Shown: positions 48,558 through 64,000 of the stretch, in pieces
How the letters are laid out: the number at the start of each line of letters is the position of its first letter
How positions within the stretch are numbered: the stretch's first letter is position 1
Assembly: GCF_000315625.1 (NCBI RefSeq)
Contig: NW_005434649.1
Coordinates: 495,828 to 559,827, forward strand
DNA: 64,000 bases
DNA from: Guillardia theta CCMP2712
Taxonomy: Eukaryota > Protista > Cryptophyta
Direction of reading: 5' to 3'
Notes under the pieces: generated by a model
Seen by the model: the letters and a program-made list of their open reading frames with translations, nothing else
Told to the model about the DNA's origin: nothing
Database searches by the model: none
Made by a program: the position numbers and the translations under genes

Positions 48558-49191
48558 TGCATCCGGTATAACATATTTTGTCTTTAGATGTTTGATCGTG
48601 AAGTAACCATTCTATTTTCAGGATGAAGTTGATCAGGAGAAGAACTTCTTGGACGCGACTGACCAAGAAGGAGATACTTGCCTGCACCTTGCAGTTTGTT
48701 ATGGAACCGCAGACATTGTTGCAAAGCTTCTTGAAGTTGCAGGACAAAGGCTTCTATTCAAACAAGACAGAAATGGATTTACATGCTTGCATAAAGCAGT
48801 CCTGAAAAGCAGGTCGGACACAATCAAAGTCCTTCTTGATTTTGGCGGTCAAAAGCTTGTCCATGCAGTGGACAACGAAGGGAGAACCTGCTTACACGTT
48901 GCAGCGTTGAGGACAAACAAGATGATTGTCAACGCTCTTCTTCAAGTTGGTGGAAATCAGCTTCTGTTTGCGACAGATCATGAAGGCAAGACATGCTTAC
49001 ACACCGCAGCGAGTGTTGGCAATCTTGAGGCATCTGAATGTCTGTGTGCTCATGGAGGGAATGAGCTTATGAACATGAAAGACAAGAACAAAATGACCTG
49101 CCTACACTGGGCTGTCATGCATGGCAAACTGGACGTTGTCGTGCTGCTGGCTAGATATGGCATGCAGAGCGAAACGGTATCTCGTATGTAA
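48558..49191 (+). CDS. Ankyrin-repeat protein (GxTCLH-type repeats)
   Basis: Five repeats: GDTCLHLA, GFTCLHKA, GRTCLHVA, GKTCLHTA, KMTCLHWA. The start and a possible last exon are uncertain. Confidence 0.85.
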
Positions 49192-49899
49192 CCGCATTTG
49201 TAGACACCGCTATATTTGCAACTGCTTGTTGTGTTTGTGTGTGTGAAGTCGGTCCTGGCACATTCAGTAGAATTGACGGCATCTATCCGCAGGGAATGCC
49301 AGGAACCAAAAAAGAGGCCAAGAAAAGGAAGCTCGATGATCAGACGTGTGAAATGGAAATGCTTGAAATCACGGGCGAGGAGGAATCGTAAACCCCTCTT
49401 TCTGTTTGGTTGTGGATCGAGATTGTCGAGTCAAGGGCTTTTGAATTGATCGCTCGTGATTGCTTATTGGATTAATTAAATCTATCCATGGTTTATCTTA
49501 AATCAACATATCTATACAAAATGCAAAAACAACCTTGATCTTTCAATTCCTGTCCCGGATGAACAAGATCAAGTGTGGGAGTGGGTTCCAAGTGAAGGGA
49601 ATGTATCATACTTCCACCGTAGAAGTTGCTTTCAGGTCAGAGGTGTCTGCTGCCATGTACCTGCCGTTATCAACATATCAGTCTTCTTACCATATCGCCA
49701 AAGAGCATATTGGAAAATCACACTCGTCATCGTCATCGTCATCATCCATGAAAGTGACATCATCAGCAACAAAAGAGCAGACCTTGAATGATTCAACACA
49801 CCACCATTTTGCAGATTCAATGAGGGATTATCTCCCTGCAAAAAGAGGAGTCAGACGATCCGGGATGAAAACTTGAAAAGAGCGTTTCTGATTCTGTGT

Positions 49900-51410
49900 C
49901 ACAAACCTCGCGTCGTAGGGTAAGTTGTTGCTCTTTCCTCTCAAGCTCCATCTGTTCGTATCATGCAAATCACCCCATGGCCATTTGGTTGGAATCAGGG
50001 CAGTGTGAGAGTCAAACCTGCATACGTTTCTCGTTGGCCTTGGCTTGTAGGATGATGGCGTTGGCGGCATGAAGTTGACGCGAGTATTCAAGTTTTACCT
50101 GCTCAACTTGCTGCTCCGCTACCCACTCAGGAGAAAGTGCATCGCACACGAGTCTGGACCTGGACCCGCTTCTCTTCCAGCATGGCGGAAATGCGCGCTA
50201 TGTCGAGCCGTTTCGACTTCTGTTCCTGCTCGAGTATGCTCCGCATCTCTGAGATTATGCTCACGTCGGGAACATTCGCATATGTGTGCTCCTGATAACA
50301 GTCAAGAGAATCATCAGATCCGCGGTTTTCGTCAGTCGAAGATGAACGAGTATCGAGTGAAATGCATGGGACTGAATAGGAAGCGAAAGAAAGAGCAGGG
50401 CGGTAGTGGTAGAGGGCATAGCAGAGAAACGAAGAAGCAGGCGTTGGAGAGATGTTGGAGTCACCTTGGAAAACTCTTCCTGCAATCTGAAGATTTCCGC
50501 TCTGAGGTCAGCGATCTTTTCAATTTTCTGGTTGATGAGTCATACTCCCAGGGTCTAGGAGGAGGGATGGTGACTTGTATTCACCTCGTTCAGCTCTTCC
50601 ATGTTCTTGATCTTCGCTCGTACTTCGGTCTGCTTCTCCTCCTTCACCTACAACCGGCGCGGACGCCCCAGCGGTGAGACAGCAGCCCTAGTAACACGCG
50701 ACAGTACCTTCTGGATGTCCTCATATGCAGCCTTTAGCTTCTCTTTGAGATCCGCTATCTCCACAGCTTGTGTTTCTATAACTTCATGCTTGTCTTGGAT
50801 GGCGATCTGGACATTCTTCAACTCCTGGAGCCACCAACAATCACCCGGGGGGAATCTGAAACATAGCGTGAGGATAGATACTTCAAGAGCGGCATTGAGG
50901 GCGGTCTGGAGATCCTGGAGGGAAGTCGTGAGCACATTCATGACAATACAGCTGCAATGGATGTACTCGGTTCTGTGCCAACAGGTGGCTGACATTCTTG
51001 CTTTCCACACTTTCATCCATGCACTCAAATAGGCTATCCAAACTGCCATCGATATTGAACCTGCATCTGTTTCAGCTGCATACGATTCTCATGCTACCCT
51101 GTGCACCTGTCCACAGGATTCAACATGATGGATGCTGGCGGTACTTGGCTGACGGAGGTCTTCCTGTCCTGATGCAGCCCAACCAACTCGGAGCCATCCG
51201 AGGTCGTTGCTGGTACCTCCTTGTCCTCGACATCATCCTGTCCTTGACTGGGCTCCTCCTTCTCCCCGATATTGTCGCTCTCTTCCTCCTTGTTCTCCTC
51301 TCCCTTCGCATGTGTTCTCTTCTCCTGCTCCTCCTCTTCCTCCACGATCATCCAAAGGCTCGTGCATGTCGCTGGGCCCTCCAGCATGTTCGATTAACCC
51401 ACCCTATCAC
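49900..51410 (-). CDS. Hypothetical protein with acidic N-terminus and coiled coil, multi-exon
   Basis: Same-strand exonic ORFs (51094-51387; ELKNVQIAIQDKHEVIETQAVEIADLKEKLKAAYEDIQK) separated by short introns. Confidence 0.5.
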
Positions 51411-51776
51411 ATGACATGACCCACCATGGTTTCCCCCATCATTCTAATATGAAAATGGGGGTAATGGATACTTTTAGTACCCTACCCTTGTGTTCCACAT
51501 TGAAAAGTTTGTTTCGGAGATGCTCCTCAACTGCCATCTGCATAAAGTTCTCGAAACAAATTAAAGGACTTGCAATAAAAAAATTGAAATGAGCGTGTGA
51601 TATGATAATAAACTATAAAGTTTTCATTTGATCTTGATGTGGGAGATCACTGAAGGCAGGGCCCAGCATGGGAGGAGGGGGCAGCCGGCAGGCGGGAGGA
51701 CAGGAAGGGGCTGCGGTGCGGAGAGGAGACGTGCGATGGTGGGCAGGAGGAGGAGGAGAGAGTTTTCCGTGACAGG

Positions 51777-54135
51777 ATGGATCCTGATACGCACAGTAGG
51801 ATCAGGAGGATGAGGATCGACGCCAACGCAGTTGATGGGGTGAGATGCTACAAGGCGTTGGCGCCATGGATTGCCGCGAGTGACACGATGAGTGCAGGAA
51901 GGAAGAACGCTGCTGGTCATTGCTGTTCAAGCAGGACAAGAAGAGGTCGTGGAAGAGCTTCTGAAGATGAAGGCAGATGTGAATAGGAAGGTTTCGAATG
52001 GAAAGAACACCGCGCTTATCGAAGCAGTCAAGGTAGTGCGCGATGAGCCAGGACAAGACTGAATCTCGTACTGCAGCATGTGACAGACGAACTGACTGCC
52101 CTGGCGATTGTGAAGCGATTGATCGATGCCAATGCAAACGTGAACTATGCCAATGAGTTCGACCAGACGGCGCTGTAAATATCCTCTGCATTCATGGCTG
52201 ATGCTTCTGACTCTCGTGGAAGATTTGCATGCGCTCCCCGAGCTCACTTGAACCTTGTGAAGTTTCTCGTCAATCATGGAGCAAGCATCAACCACGTCTG
52301 CAAGACCTTCAAACGATCCTTGTTGTACGTGCTCTACGTTGTGTATGTTGTTGTAACCAGCAGGTTGTGACAGGATGGAATACTTCTTGGTGGAGAGGGT
52401 TGACCTTCGCAGCATCGAATTTCTGATCACATGCGGAGCCCGGCTGATCAAGGGAGAGAGTCAGAGGGTCTTGCTCATCGCGGCTTCACTGCAGAGCGAG
52501 CATGTGAGTTGCTGCTGGTGGTGGTGGTGATGCTGCTGCTGCTGGTGCTGCTGCTGCTGGTAGAAGACAGAGTCTGACCGAGCGACTGACACCGCTCTTC
52601 GTTTCCTTCGCCTGTTGTGTAAGTAGATTCTCTCTCTTATCTTAAGGCGTATCGGTGCGGGCCCGAAGGAGCTGGAGGCGCAAGACGAGTTCGGAGACAG
52701 TCCCCTCCATATAGTGCGAAACAAGTCAAAGCCTGGGCTCCTGTCTCATGGGCTTGACCAGGTTTGCGGGGCGAAAGATCCGTCCATTGCAGCTGCTCAC
52801 CTGCTCGTGGAAGCAGAGATCGACATGGAGAAACTTAATGTAAGGGAGGAGGAGGAGGAGGAGGAGGAGGAGGAGGAGGAGGAGGAGGAGAAGAAGTCAA
52901 GGGTGATGAAGAGAGGGAGGAAAAGGAGCAAATGAGACGGTTTTGTCCTAGAGCAAAGGTCTCACTCCCATCCTCAAATCCCTGTCCTGCAACGTTGAAC
53001 CAACCATGGCGGTCTTCCTGCTGGAGTCGAAGGCAAACCCAAACCATGCAAGCCCTAGTGAGCTCAAGTCTCCTCGCTCTCGATGCTCCTTACGATCTCT
53101 ATCTCCCTCCATGCAGGCAACTCGTCTCCGCTGATCTTCGCTTGTCGCTTCCTCAAGTCGCCAAAGATTGTGGTAGACGTGCTGATAGAGAAAGGAGCAT
53201 ACGTGAATCATCAGGAAAACGTCAGCAGATTCGCTCCCCTGCACGTCGGACGACATCGTGCTTGCTCCCGCTGCTAGCTCACGACCACTGTTCAGGTCCT
53301 GGCAACTCGAGACGACAGCAACGAGGATGGCGTGATGGAGGCAGCTCAGAGTTTGATTCGAGGCGGTGCGAACGTCAAGATAAGGGATGCAGACAACAGG
53401 TATGACCACTCGTCTGATCCAATTCTCCTCACCACTATCAACTCCCACTACTGCTCTCCTCCTCCCTGCTACTTTGCCCCGTCCTTCCTTCCTCCACCTC
53501 CCCTCTCGCAAGATTTTCTCTTGCCATGCTCCTCATCCCGTCGCCTCAGGCTGCCCCTGCACGTGGCCCACGAGACCGCCGCTCGGCTCGGCATGCCGAT
53601 CCATTCTTCCCCCTTCATCGCCCTCCTGCTCAGCCACGCGGGTCACAGCGAGGTTCTCCCGCTTCCCAGCTAGCCAGCTATCGTCTTGCTGAGATGGCTG
53701 CAGGTGTTCGCAAGGGACGGGCTCGGGCTGCTGGCTCGGGAAGTCTACGAGGAGGTCAAGGGCGAGGAGCTGCCGCTGACTACCGTCAGGATCCCAACGG
53801 CCGTTGGAAATCTCTATGCAGGAGATGAAGGAGCCACCACCACCCGTGCTTCCTTTCGGAGCTACCATGGTGGGTGGGGCGCAGCTGAGAAGGCGCCAGG
53901 AGGGCAGGAGGGAGGAGGGAGGAGGGAGGAAGTAAGTCCGCAAGCATATCTCGAGAGCTTGCAGGAGACAGTTGTCTTGCGGAAAAAGAACCAGAGGCAG
54001 GCGAAGGAGGAGGAGGAAGCTTTGAGACTGACCGACATCAAGGGGCAAGTGCTCCCTCCTGCTGACCTGGCGGGCGACCTGGTTACCTCTCTACGGAGAC
54101 CAGGACAAAGAAACGTGAGCAGGCAGACGCGATGA
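51777..54135 (+). CDS. Multi-ankyrin-repeat protein, many exons
   Basis: EGRTLLVIAVQAG, KNTALIEAVK, DEFGDSPLH, NSSPLIFACR, VMEAAQSLIRGGANVKIRDADN/RLPLHVA. Confidence 0.82.
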
Positions 54136-55946
54136 GGGAGGGAGAGGGGACGCAGTGACGTCGAGCATGCAAGCTGTCAGACAGATGTTCAAGTTGATGT
54201 TATGTGAAATGTTTCTACTTTCACATCATATGTGGTTCCTTCTGCTTTCGATTTCCTCCACAAAAATTCTCCCCCAGCTAGCCTTAGAACTTCAACTGAT
54301 AGAAGCAGTCAGGGAAGGCAAAAGGGCGCAGGGATCGGCATACCAGTCTGTTGACGACCATGGAGGCATGCTCCATATTCATGTTGGATGACAGAGAGAA
54401 TCGCTTCAGCTGCAAGATAAACGTCAAAGGGAGCGATCAGAAGATTCTCAGGCCTCACATTGAGAAGCTTTGCCGCGTCGATGGCAGCCTTGCTGTGAGG
54501 AGGAGAAGGCATTCTGAGGTCATAAGGTTAGATTGGGAGCACAACAAGAACAACAACATCAACGACAACAACATCAACGATTAACGACAACACGTTTCGA
54601 TAGGAGGGAGCTCAGCAACATTAAATCGCTATGACCAGGAGTGAGCACAAGAACAGCGTGTCTAACAGCTGGATTGCTGATGGTAAATGGACTAATACCA
54701 CACTTCGACACGCAACAAAGAACACAAAACCAATCATAAGAAGCATTCTAATCGTCAACCAGGAAACATCAGCCCTCTGTCAAAATCTCATTTATACACT
54801 GTACACAGAGCGCTTTGATATCAATAATCAGTAAGAAAAATTGACATGATCAGTAAGAAAAATATTCATTTTCACTCGATACCATCATAACATACTCATG
54901 CATAACTTTTCAACTCGCCATGTACAAACATACCAAATCATCAACACATCACATTTACATGACGCATCATGATCAGTATCATCAACAAAGTGATCAAAAT
55001 CATTCCTTCAGCTTACAGCAGCACTACATCATTTATCACTACTATCGTGGCGATCATCAACACCACAACCATTATCAACACGACCACGACCACGACCACC
55101 ACATCCATATCCATCATCACTGTCAGGAGCAGCTGAAACACCAGCAGAAGCAGAAACAATATATTTGCTTCCGGCATAGCCAAATCATCGTCATCATCCA
55201 TTCCATCTCCTCTTCCTCTCCGAACCCTAAGCGATCTTCCTCCACCCCCTCCTCTCCTCTCCTCCTCTCCTCTCCTCCTCTCCTCTCCTCTCCCTTCCCC
55301 TCTCTTCCCCTCCCCTCTCTTCCTCACCTGCTCTTCAGCATCTCTCGCTGCTGTTTCGCAAAGATCGCGTCAGGCCCCATCGCCAGACTCTCTCACAGCA
55401 CCCACCCCTCAATGGAATTTATCATTATTTCCGTTTCTACCCTACAAATACCATAAAGTACCCCCCACTTCTACTTTATTGACAGGGGTACAGTATAACA
55501 CCCACCCTCTCGATTGACCCCACCCACCTATGTCCACTAGTTTGATGAATAGCCAGCCGTTACAATTCTGAAACGGACGGCTCTTCGGTAAATATGCTTC
55601 GGAAGAGGGAGGGAGGCAGAGGAGGGAGGGGAGGGAGAGGAGGGAGAGGAGGGAGGGAGGGAGGGAGGGAGGGGAGGGAGAGACGTAAAAAGAGGGAGCA
55701 AGAGACAGGAGTGAGGAAAGGTGGAGGAAGTTGATAGAGAGCGAGCAAGAGAGCGAATGGTCGAGCAGGTATAGATGGAACCAGGAGTGCCTTGCCCAAT
55801 GAGATAGGAGCGTGCCTGGAAAGCAGAATCCCGCCTTTGCCTTCTCCCTCAAATTATCTTGACATGCGTATCTAGGCGTTGCAAGGTTGGTTGCCTGTTC
55901 ATAGGAGTGTTGAAGTGCTCTGCTCCGTAACGGCGGTCGTCTCAAC

Positions 55947-57844
55947 ATGGCAGTAGAAGACGCAGTTCAAGGTGACGCGCACGACGCCCTGCTCCTGCGC
56001 ACGACCTGACGCATAGAGCAGAAAAGCAGCAGCCTCAGGGCCTTGGGTCCCGCATCTCCAACTTCTTCTCGGAGGGCAACTCGAGGTGGCCAGTCCTCTT
56101 CGTCGTTCTGTTCGCAGTTGTTGGAGTGGTGGCGATCAGCAGCCCAGGTGCCGACAGCACCTTGGCAGGCCTGAGGCAACAGCTCCTCCTCAAGAACGGA
56201 GATCGCAGGGCTGACTCGCATACTGCAGAGATCAGGAGGTCCCTGGCGGGCAGTGGGCCCGTGCTGAAGGAATGGGATCAGCTCAAGCACCTCAAGAACT
56301 TTGGAGGAGAGGTAGTGTCCAACCTCAAGAGCGTGAAGGGGAAGAAGGATGGGGCCCATCTCATGTCCTCCGAGGACGGCTGGTCACAGATCCTCCAGGA
56401 GGCTTCTAACATGATCTCGGGCAAGCCCAGCGCCAAGAAGGCTGCTGCAGACACCAACCCGACTTCCTTCTCTTGCAAGCAGTCGTGCGAAGCTAAGGGC
56501 TACTCGAGCGACCTGTCGAGCTCTCATGCTGCACGTGCGTGCTATGACATGTGCATGGACGGCAAGGGCTTCCAGGACTTGGAGATCGACAACAGCGACT
56601 TGCATCCTCAGTTGTCCGCCGAATCCGTTCAGTTTGGAGAGCTGGACAGGCTTTCCAACGCTCAGAAGGTGCTGGCAGAGGTCAGGTCCACGGTGCCTCA
56701 TGCCAGGTCCAAGATGTTTGACAGGAAGGTTTCGTCGACTACTCTCTCCAATGCCCTCTCCTCGTTGAACGTTGATCCTTCGTCCCTCCCTGTGAACGAC
56801 GCCAACGCTTTGACTGAAGCCATTGCGATGGACAACAAGATCACTCAGCAGCAGCGCCTTGACAGGCAGAACATGAAGAAGGTCTGGGGAACCTCTGTGA
56901 AGCAGATGAGAACCCTGGAGGCTGCCAAGCTCCAGAACTCTGCCGAGCTCCTCGATACCGTCGAGCAGGCGGAAAAGCAGACCAACGCCAAGATTGCGCT
57001 CGACAGCTCCCTCTTGGCCGCCGCCTCCAAGTTCCAGCAGGATGTTGGCAGCGAGAATCTCGGAAGGGATGTTCCTGTTGATGTCAAGCATGTGGCTCAG
57101 GAGCTGCGGAGAGCTGAGAAGTCCATCGGGCCCATCAGGGCAGCAGTCAAGTCCGCGTCCTCCTTGTACTCCGAGGAGAGGCAGAAGTGGAAGGCTGGAG
57201 AAACCCTCGTGAAGAAGCAGCTCCTTTCCAAGTCCTTTGTGGATCCAGGAAGCGATATCGAGAGCTCCCAGTGGAACAAGGACTTGAATGCTGCAGACAT
57301 GATGCCGAAGAAGGAGTCAAACGCCGTGAGGATGTCGGCGATGAGCGATGGAAGGCTGGAGGACATGGAGAAGAAGGTCTACAGCTCCGAGAGGAAGCAG
57401 CTCAAGAATCTCAAGCAGAACCTCCACGAGATGAAGGCGGCCAGAATCGCCAACGCTGGATTGGTCGGGGTGCAGATGGCCAAGGCTGCTACCAGGAGCA
57501 CGGCTGAAGCAAACCTTCTGGCCGCTGAGAGGAAGTATGTCTCTACCATGAACAAGATCGGCACCAGACAGTCGGCCGTCGGCCAGGATGCCTCCAGCCT
57601 GGAGCTGCAGATCCAGAAGAAGAGAGCCCAGGCTGAGGCGCTCACTAAGTCCTCGGCAGCTGCTGTTGCCATCCTTGGAAGGTACGGCATGTCCCTCAAG
57701 GACGTCGCAGCATCGCAGTCGTCGCTTCCTGCAAGCACTACGAGTTCACCCAAGGTGTCGAGTGCCGTTCAGCATGGGAAAGCTGAGCCCTCAGGGAAGC
57801 AGGCGGTGAGTGGAGCGGCACAGGGCTGGTTCAAGCTGTGGTGA
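55947..57844 (+). CDS. Type II membrane / surface coiled-coil protein of unknown function
   Basis: 572-aa ORF with strong GC3 codon bias. The frame extends upstream through the TM segment WPVLFVVLFAVVGVVAI; probable ATG at 55947 via one short intron. CxxxC...CxxxC motif (CKQSC, CYDMC). Confidence 0.8.
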
Positions 57845-59405
57845 GAAAGGGCGAGAAAGTATCAGAGAGATGGTGTTTGACTTGTATACTTTGATGAGAT
57901 GGGATTGAATAACGAAAGACATGCGGTAGGATGCTAACTGTACAAACTTGATGCCAGCTGGTCGGCTCACAGGAGATGGACGAGCGCAGCTGCCGTCATG
58001 GACGTGACGAGCGAGGACACCAGGTTCACCTTGCAACGCGCGTCAAACGCCGACGTTAGTCAGGCTCCACAGGCCCCACCTGGTGGTTGTCGAGAACGTC
58101 TGATCCACTGACATGCTTGACGCCGGGACCTGGCGAGTTGGAGATCTGCGATGACGTCAGCATCCTGCTCCTCCCTTGCCCTGCCGCGCCTTGCCATCCT
58201 TGTCCCCTCCACGATAAACCCCGGAGTACTGCAACGTGGCGCCCAGGAGTGAGTCTAGAAGAGATCCTCCTAGCCCTGCCGCCTGCTCGCAGCATCTTCA
58301 TGCCCTGCCTCCTGTTCCACCGAGACTCACAGCACCAACGATGATGGTGGAGGGCAGGGTAAGAGAGCTCCCGCACAGAGCGAAGACAAGGCCAACGAAG
58401 CATCCTGAGCGATCGTCAGCCCATCCGGCCCTCTAGGCTACCTCCTCCTCCTCTACCTCCCAGCAGGCTTGCCAGCGTCCCGATGACGGAGATGCCTCCG
58501 TTGGTCCCACGAGGCACTCGCCGCAAGGAGGTCAGGAGGAAAGACTCTGACAGGGGCCCTGGGAACAGGAGGTGACTAGTCCAGTTCCCCTCCTGCTCAC
58601 CGCGGACCTGAGAAAGCCGTTCCTGTCTCTGACGCCCACGTGTCTCCGCAACAGCAGGCGAAGTGGCTCAGGAAGGCTACCTCGAACATCACTTCGGGGT
58701 CTCTGCCCAGCGATCAGCAAGCTCAAGCTCCCCGCTCCTCCCCTCGAACTCATGTCCCTCCGCTGCCACCACATCTCGTCTCATCCCTTCCCTTCCCTTC
58801 CCGTCCCCTTCCCTTCCCGTCCCCTTCCCGTCCCCTCCCCTCTCCTCCCCACTTCCCCTCTCTCATCCTTCAACCACGTCCAACCTTATTGATCGGAAAT
58901 TGTCAGGATAATTCCTGGACGCTACGATGCAGAGGCAAGCAATGGTCCCTCCCAGCCCATTGCTCAGCACCTGCAGATCACTCAGTCGACACCAACACCT
59001 TTCAAGTGTCCATGGCGTTTACCTGGACCCAGTTTCTCTGTCCCCCGTCCTTGTAGTCTGCATCAATCGCTTTCTTGCTCTTCGCTCCCATCTTCGTGAG
59101 CAGACTGGATGTCACGAAGAAAGCTATCAGCCTGCACACGTCTCATTCCCATACGTCAACATTGCTCGTCCGCGTTACGTCGTTGAGAACTTCCCGCCTG
59201 CCATCGAGCACGTCGCTCCCACAAACCAGCCGGCGACCTGAAGTGCTCATTCAGAGGAAGTCGCGCACATCGTAAGATTATGCTGTGAGTGAAGTTGAAA
59301 GATCCTTGCAGAAGAAACGAAGAGGAGATATCAATGTGCGGTAACAGACACAGCGAGTTGCAGCAAATTTCGAGGTCACAAGAGGGAGCGGAGTGGAAGG
59401 TAAGA

Positions 59406-59407
<2 letters not shown>

Positions 59408-59476
<69 letters not shown>
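59408..59476 (+). repeat. (GGAGCA)n hexamer microsatellite
   Basis: About 11 perfect units. Confidence 0.95.
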
Positions 59477-59477
<1 letters not shown>

Positions 59478-60475
59478 TTGTTTGTTTCACTCACAGCACC
59501 AGACACGTCGAGGCTTCTTCGCGCGTAGGCCGCGAGGATCACCAGGGATGGCAGGACCAGCGTCGTCGCTTGCATGGCCCAGGAATGTACCCTCATCCCC
59601 GCTCAGCACAAGAATTCCTTCTTGTTCTTTACACAGAACAATCGTCGTTCCTTTGACGGAATATTTGGTGTACCCGTGCGTTTTCCCGGTATATCCTATA
59701 GGGCATTGTAGGTGGGGTGCGGCACTGTCCTAGGTAGTGATGTCCTAGGTCATTACTAGGACCTAAGGTACACCAAGACTTGTACCGAAAAAAGTTCGTA
59801 GCCCAGTAAGTCTTGGTGCTAGGGTTTGACCCCTACTAGGACCTTCTTACGAATGGACTCCTGATACCTTACCTATGGACCTATGTCCATGGTAGGACCC
59901 GACTACGAGCCCTACGGTGTCCTAGCCTGCTGTTTGAATGCAAGGCGGGTGAAGGAGCGTTCAGCCGCCTGGTTCCTCCATGCTGAGCCTTCCGCCGCCT
60001 CACTCCTTCACCCCCAACCGTTTCCTCCTGCTGCTTCCTCCCTCTGCTCTTCGACTCCCTCCTCCCCTCTTGTCTCCAGGCCCTCTGCCCTCCTCTCCCT
60101 TGCCTTGACTCCCCTTGTCTTAGCTCAGAGTTCCCGTCCTTTTCCAGAATCGGATTGAAGTTCCTCTCGTCCTCCTCATCTCCAGCCTTCCTCCTCTCAT
60201 CTTTCCTCTTCTCCTCCTGTCTGTTCCACTTCCATAAGTATTGCTCTTCTTCCCCTCCGACCTCTTGTTGTTTCTTGGGCATTTGTTGCGTTTGAATGCT
60301 GCGTTGTTGTGAGCACTGGTGTTGGCCTGATTCGAAGCCGATCAACTTGAGCCAAGTTCCCCTGTATCCCTAGCCTTCGGACTGACCGATTCGCGTGTTT
60401 CAAAGACTTTCCTGGCAAGCTCTGGCTGTCCCTCCTGCTGTGTCTGCGGGCTTCGGCTTCTAGCTTTCCTGGAGC

Positions 60476-64000
<3,525 letters not shown>

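Noticed and set aside
54920-55456. His-rich 178-aa ORF
   Set aside because: Arises from CAT/CAC low-complexity and CT-rich repeats in intergenic DNA.
57975-59660. Possible multi-exon + strand gene between the membrane protein and DYRK
   Set aside because: Splice-like signals are present, but I could not assemble a consistent frame or recognise a domain; left unannotated.

Overview
Eukaryotic nuclear DNA: gene-dense, with many very short (~45-60 nt) GT-AG introns, microsatellite-inflated introns and two assembly gaps. A bipartite signal peptide plus 'A|F' plastid-targeting leader points to an alga with a complex red plastid; the style fits a cryptophyte such as Guillardia, which is an inference only. 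The first ~1.23 kb is an AT-rich, intronless, virus-like segment that ends abruptly at tandem hairpins. It is probably the end of an endogenous viral or Polinton-like insertion. Host genes in order: a 1432-aa coiled-coil protein with a TRAK/HAP1-type CC1 box and 21-nt heptad repeats, a CBM20-TPS-TPP fusion with degenerate catalytic motifs, a secreted pepsin-family protease, a GMC oxidoreductase, STI1/HOP, a plastid-targeted ABCD half-transporter, an omega/lambda-like GST, a WD40 protein, an orphan Cys-rich exon at a gap, NDOR1/TAH18, three ankyrin proteins, a DUF676 hydrolase, a TKL kinase, a type II membrane coiled-coil protein and a DYRK1-like kinase. The most striking observation is that the pepsin-like protease appears circularly permuted: its N-lobe 'IGTPPQ...FDTGS' segment is encoded after the canonical C-terminal 'GFA' end. 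Gene boundaries were spliced by eye and are approximate.
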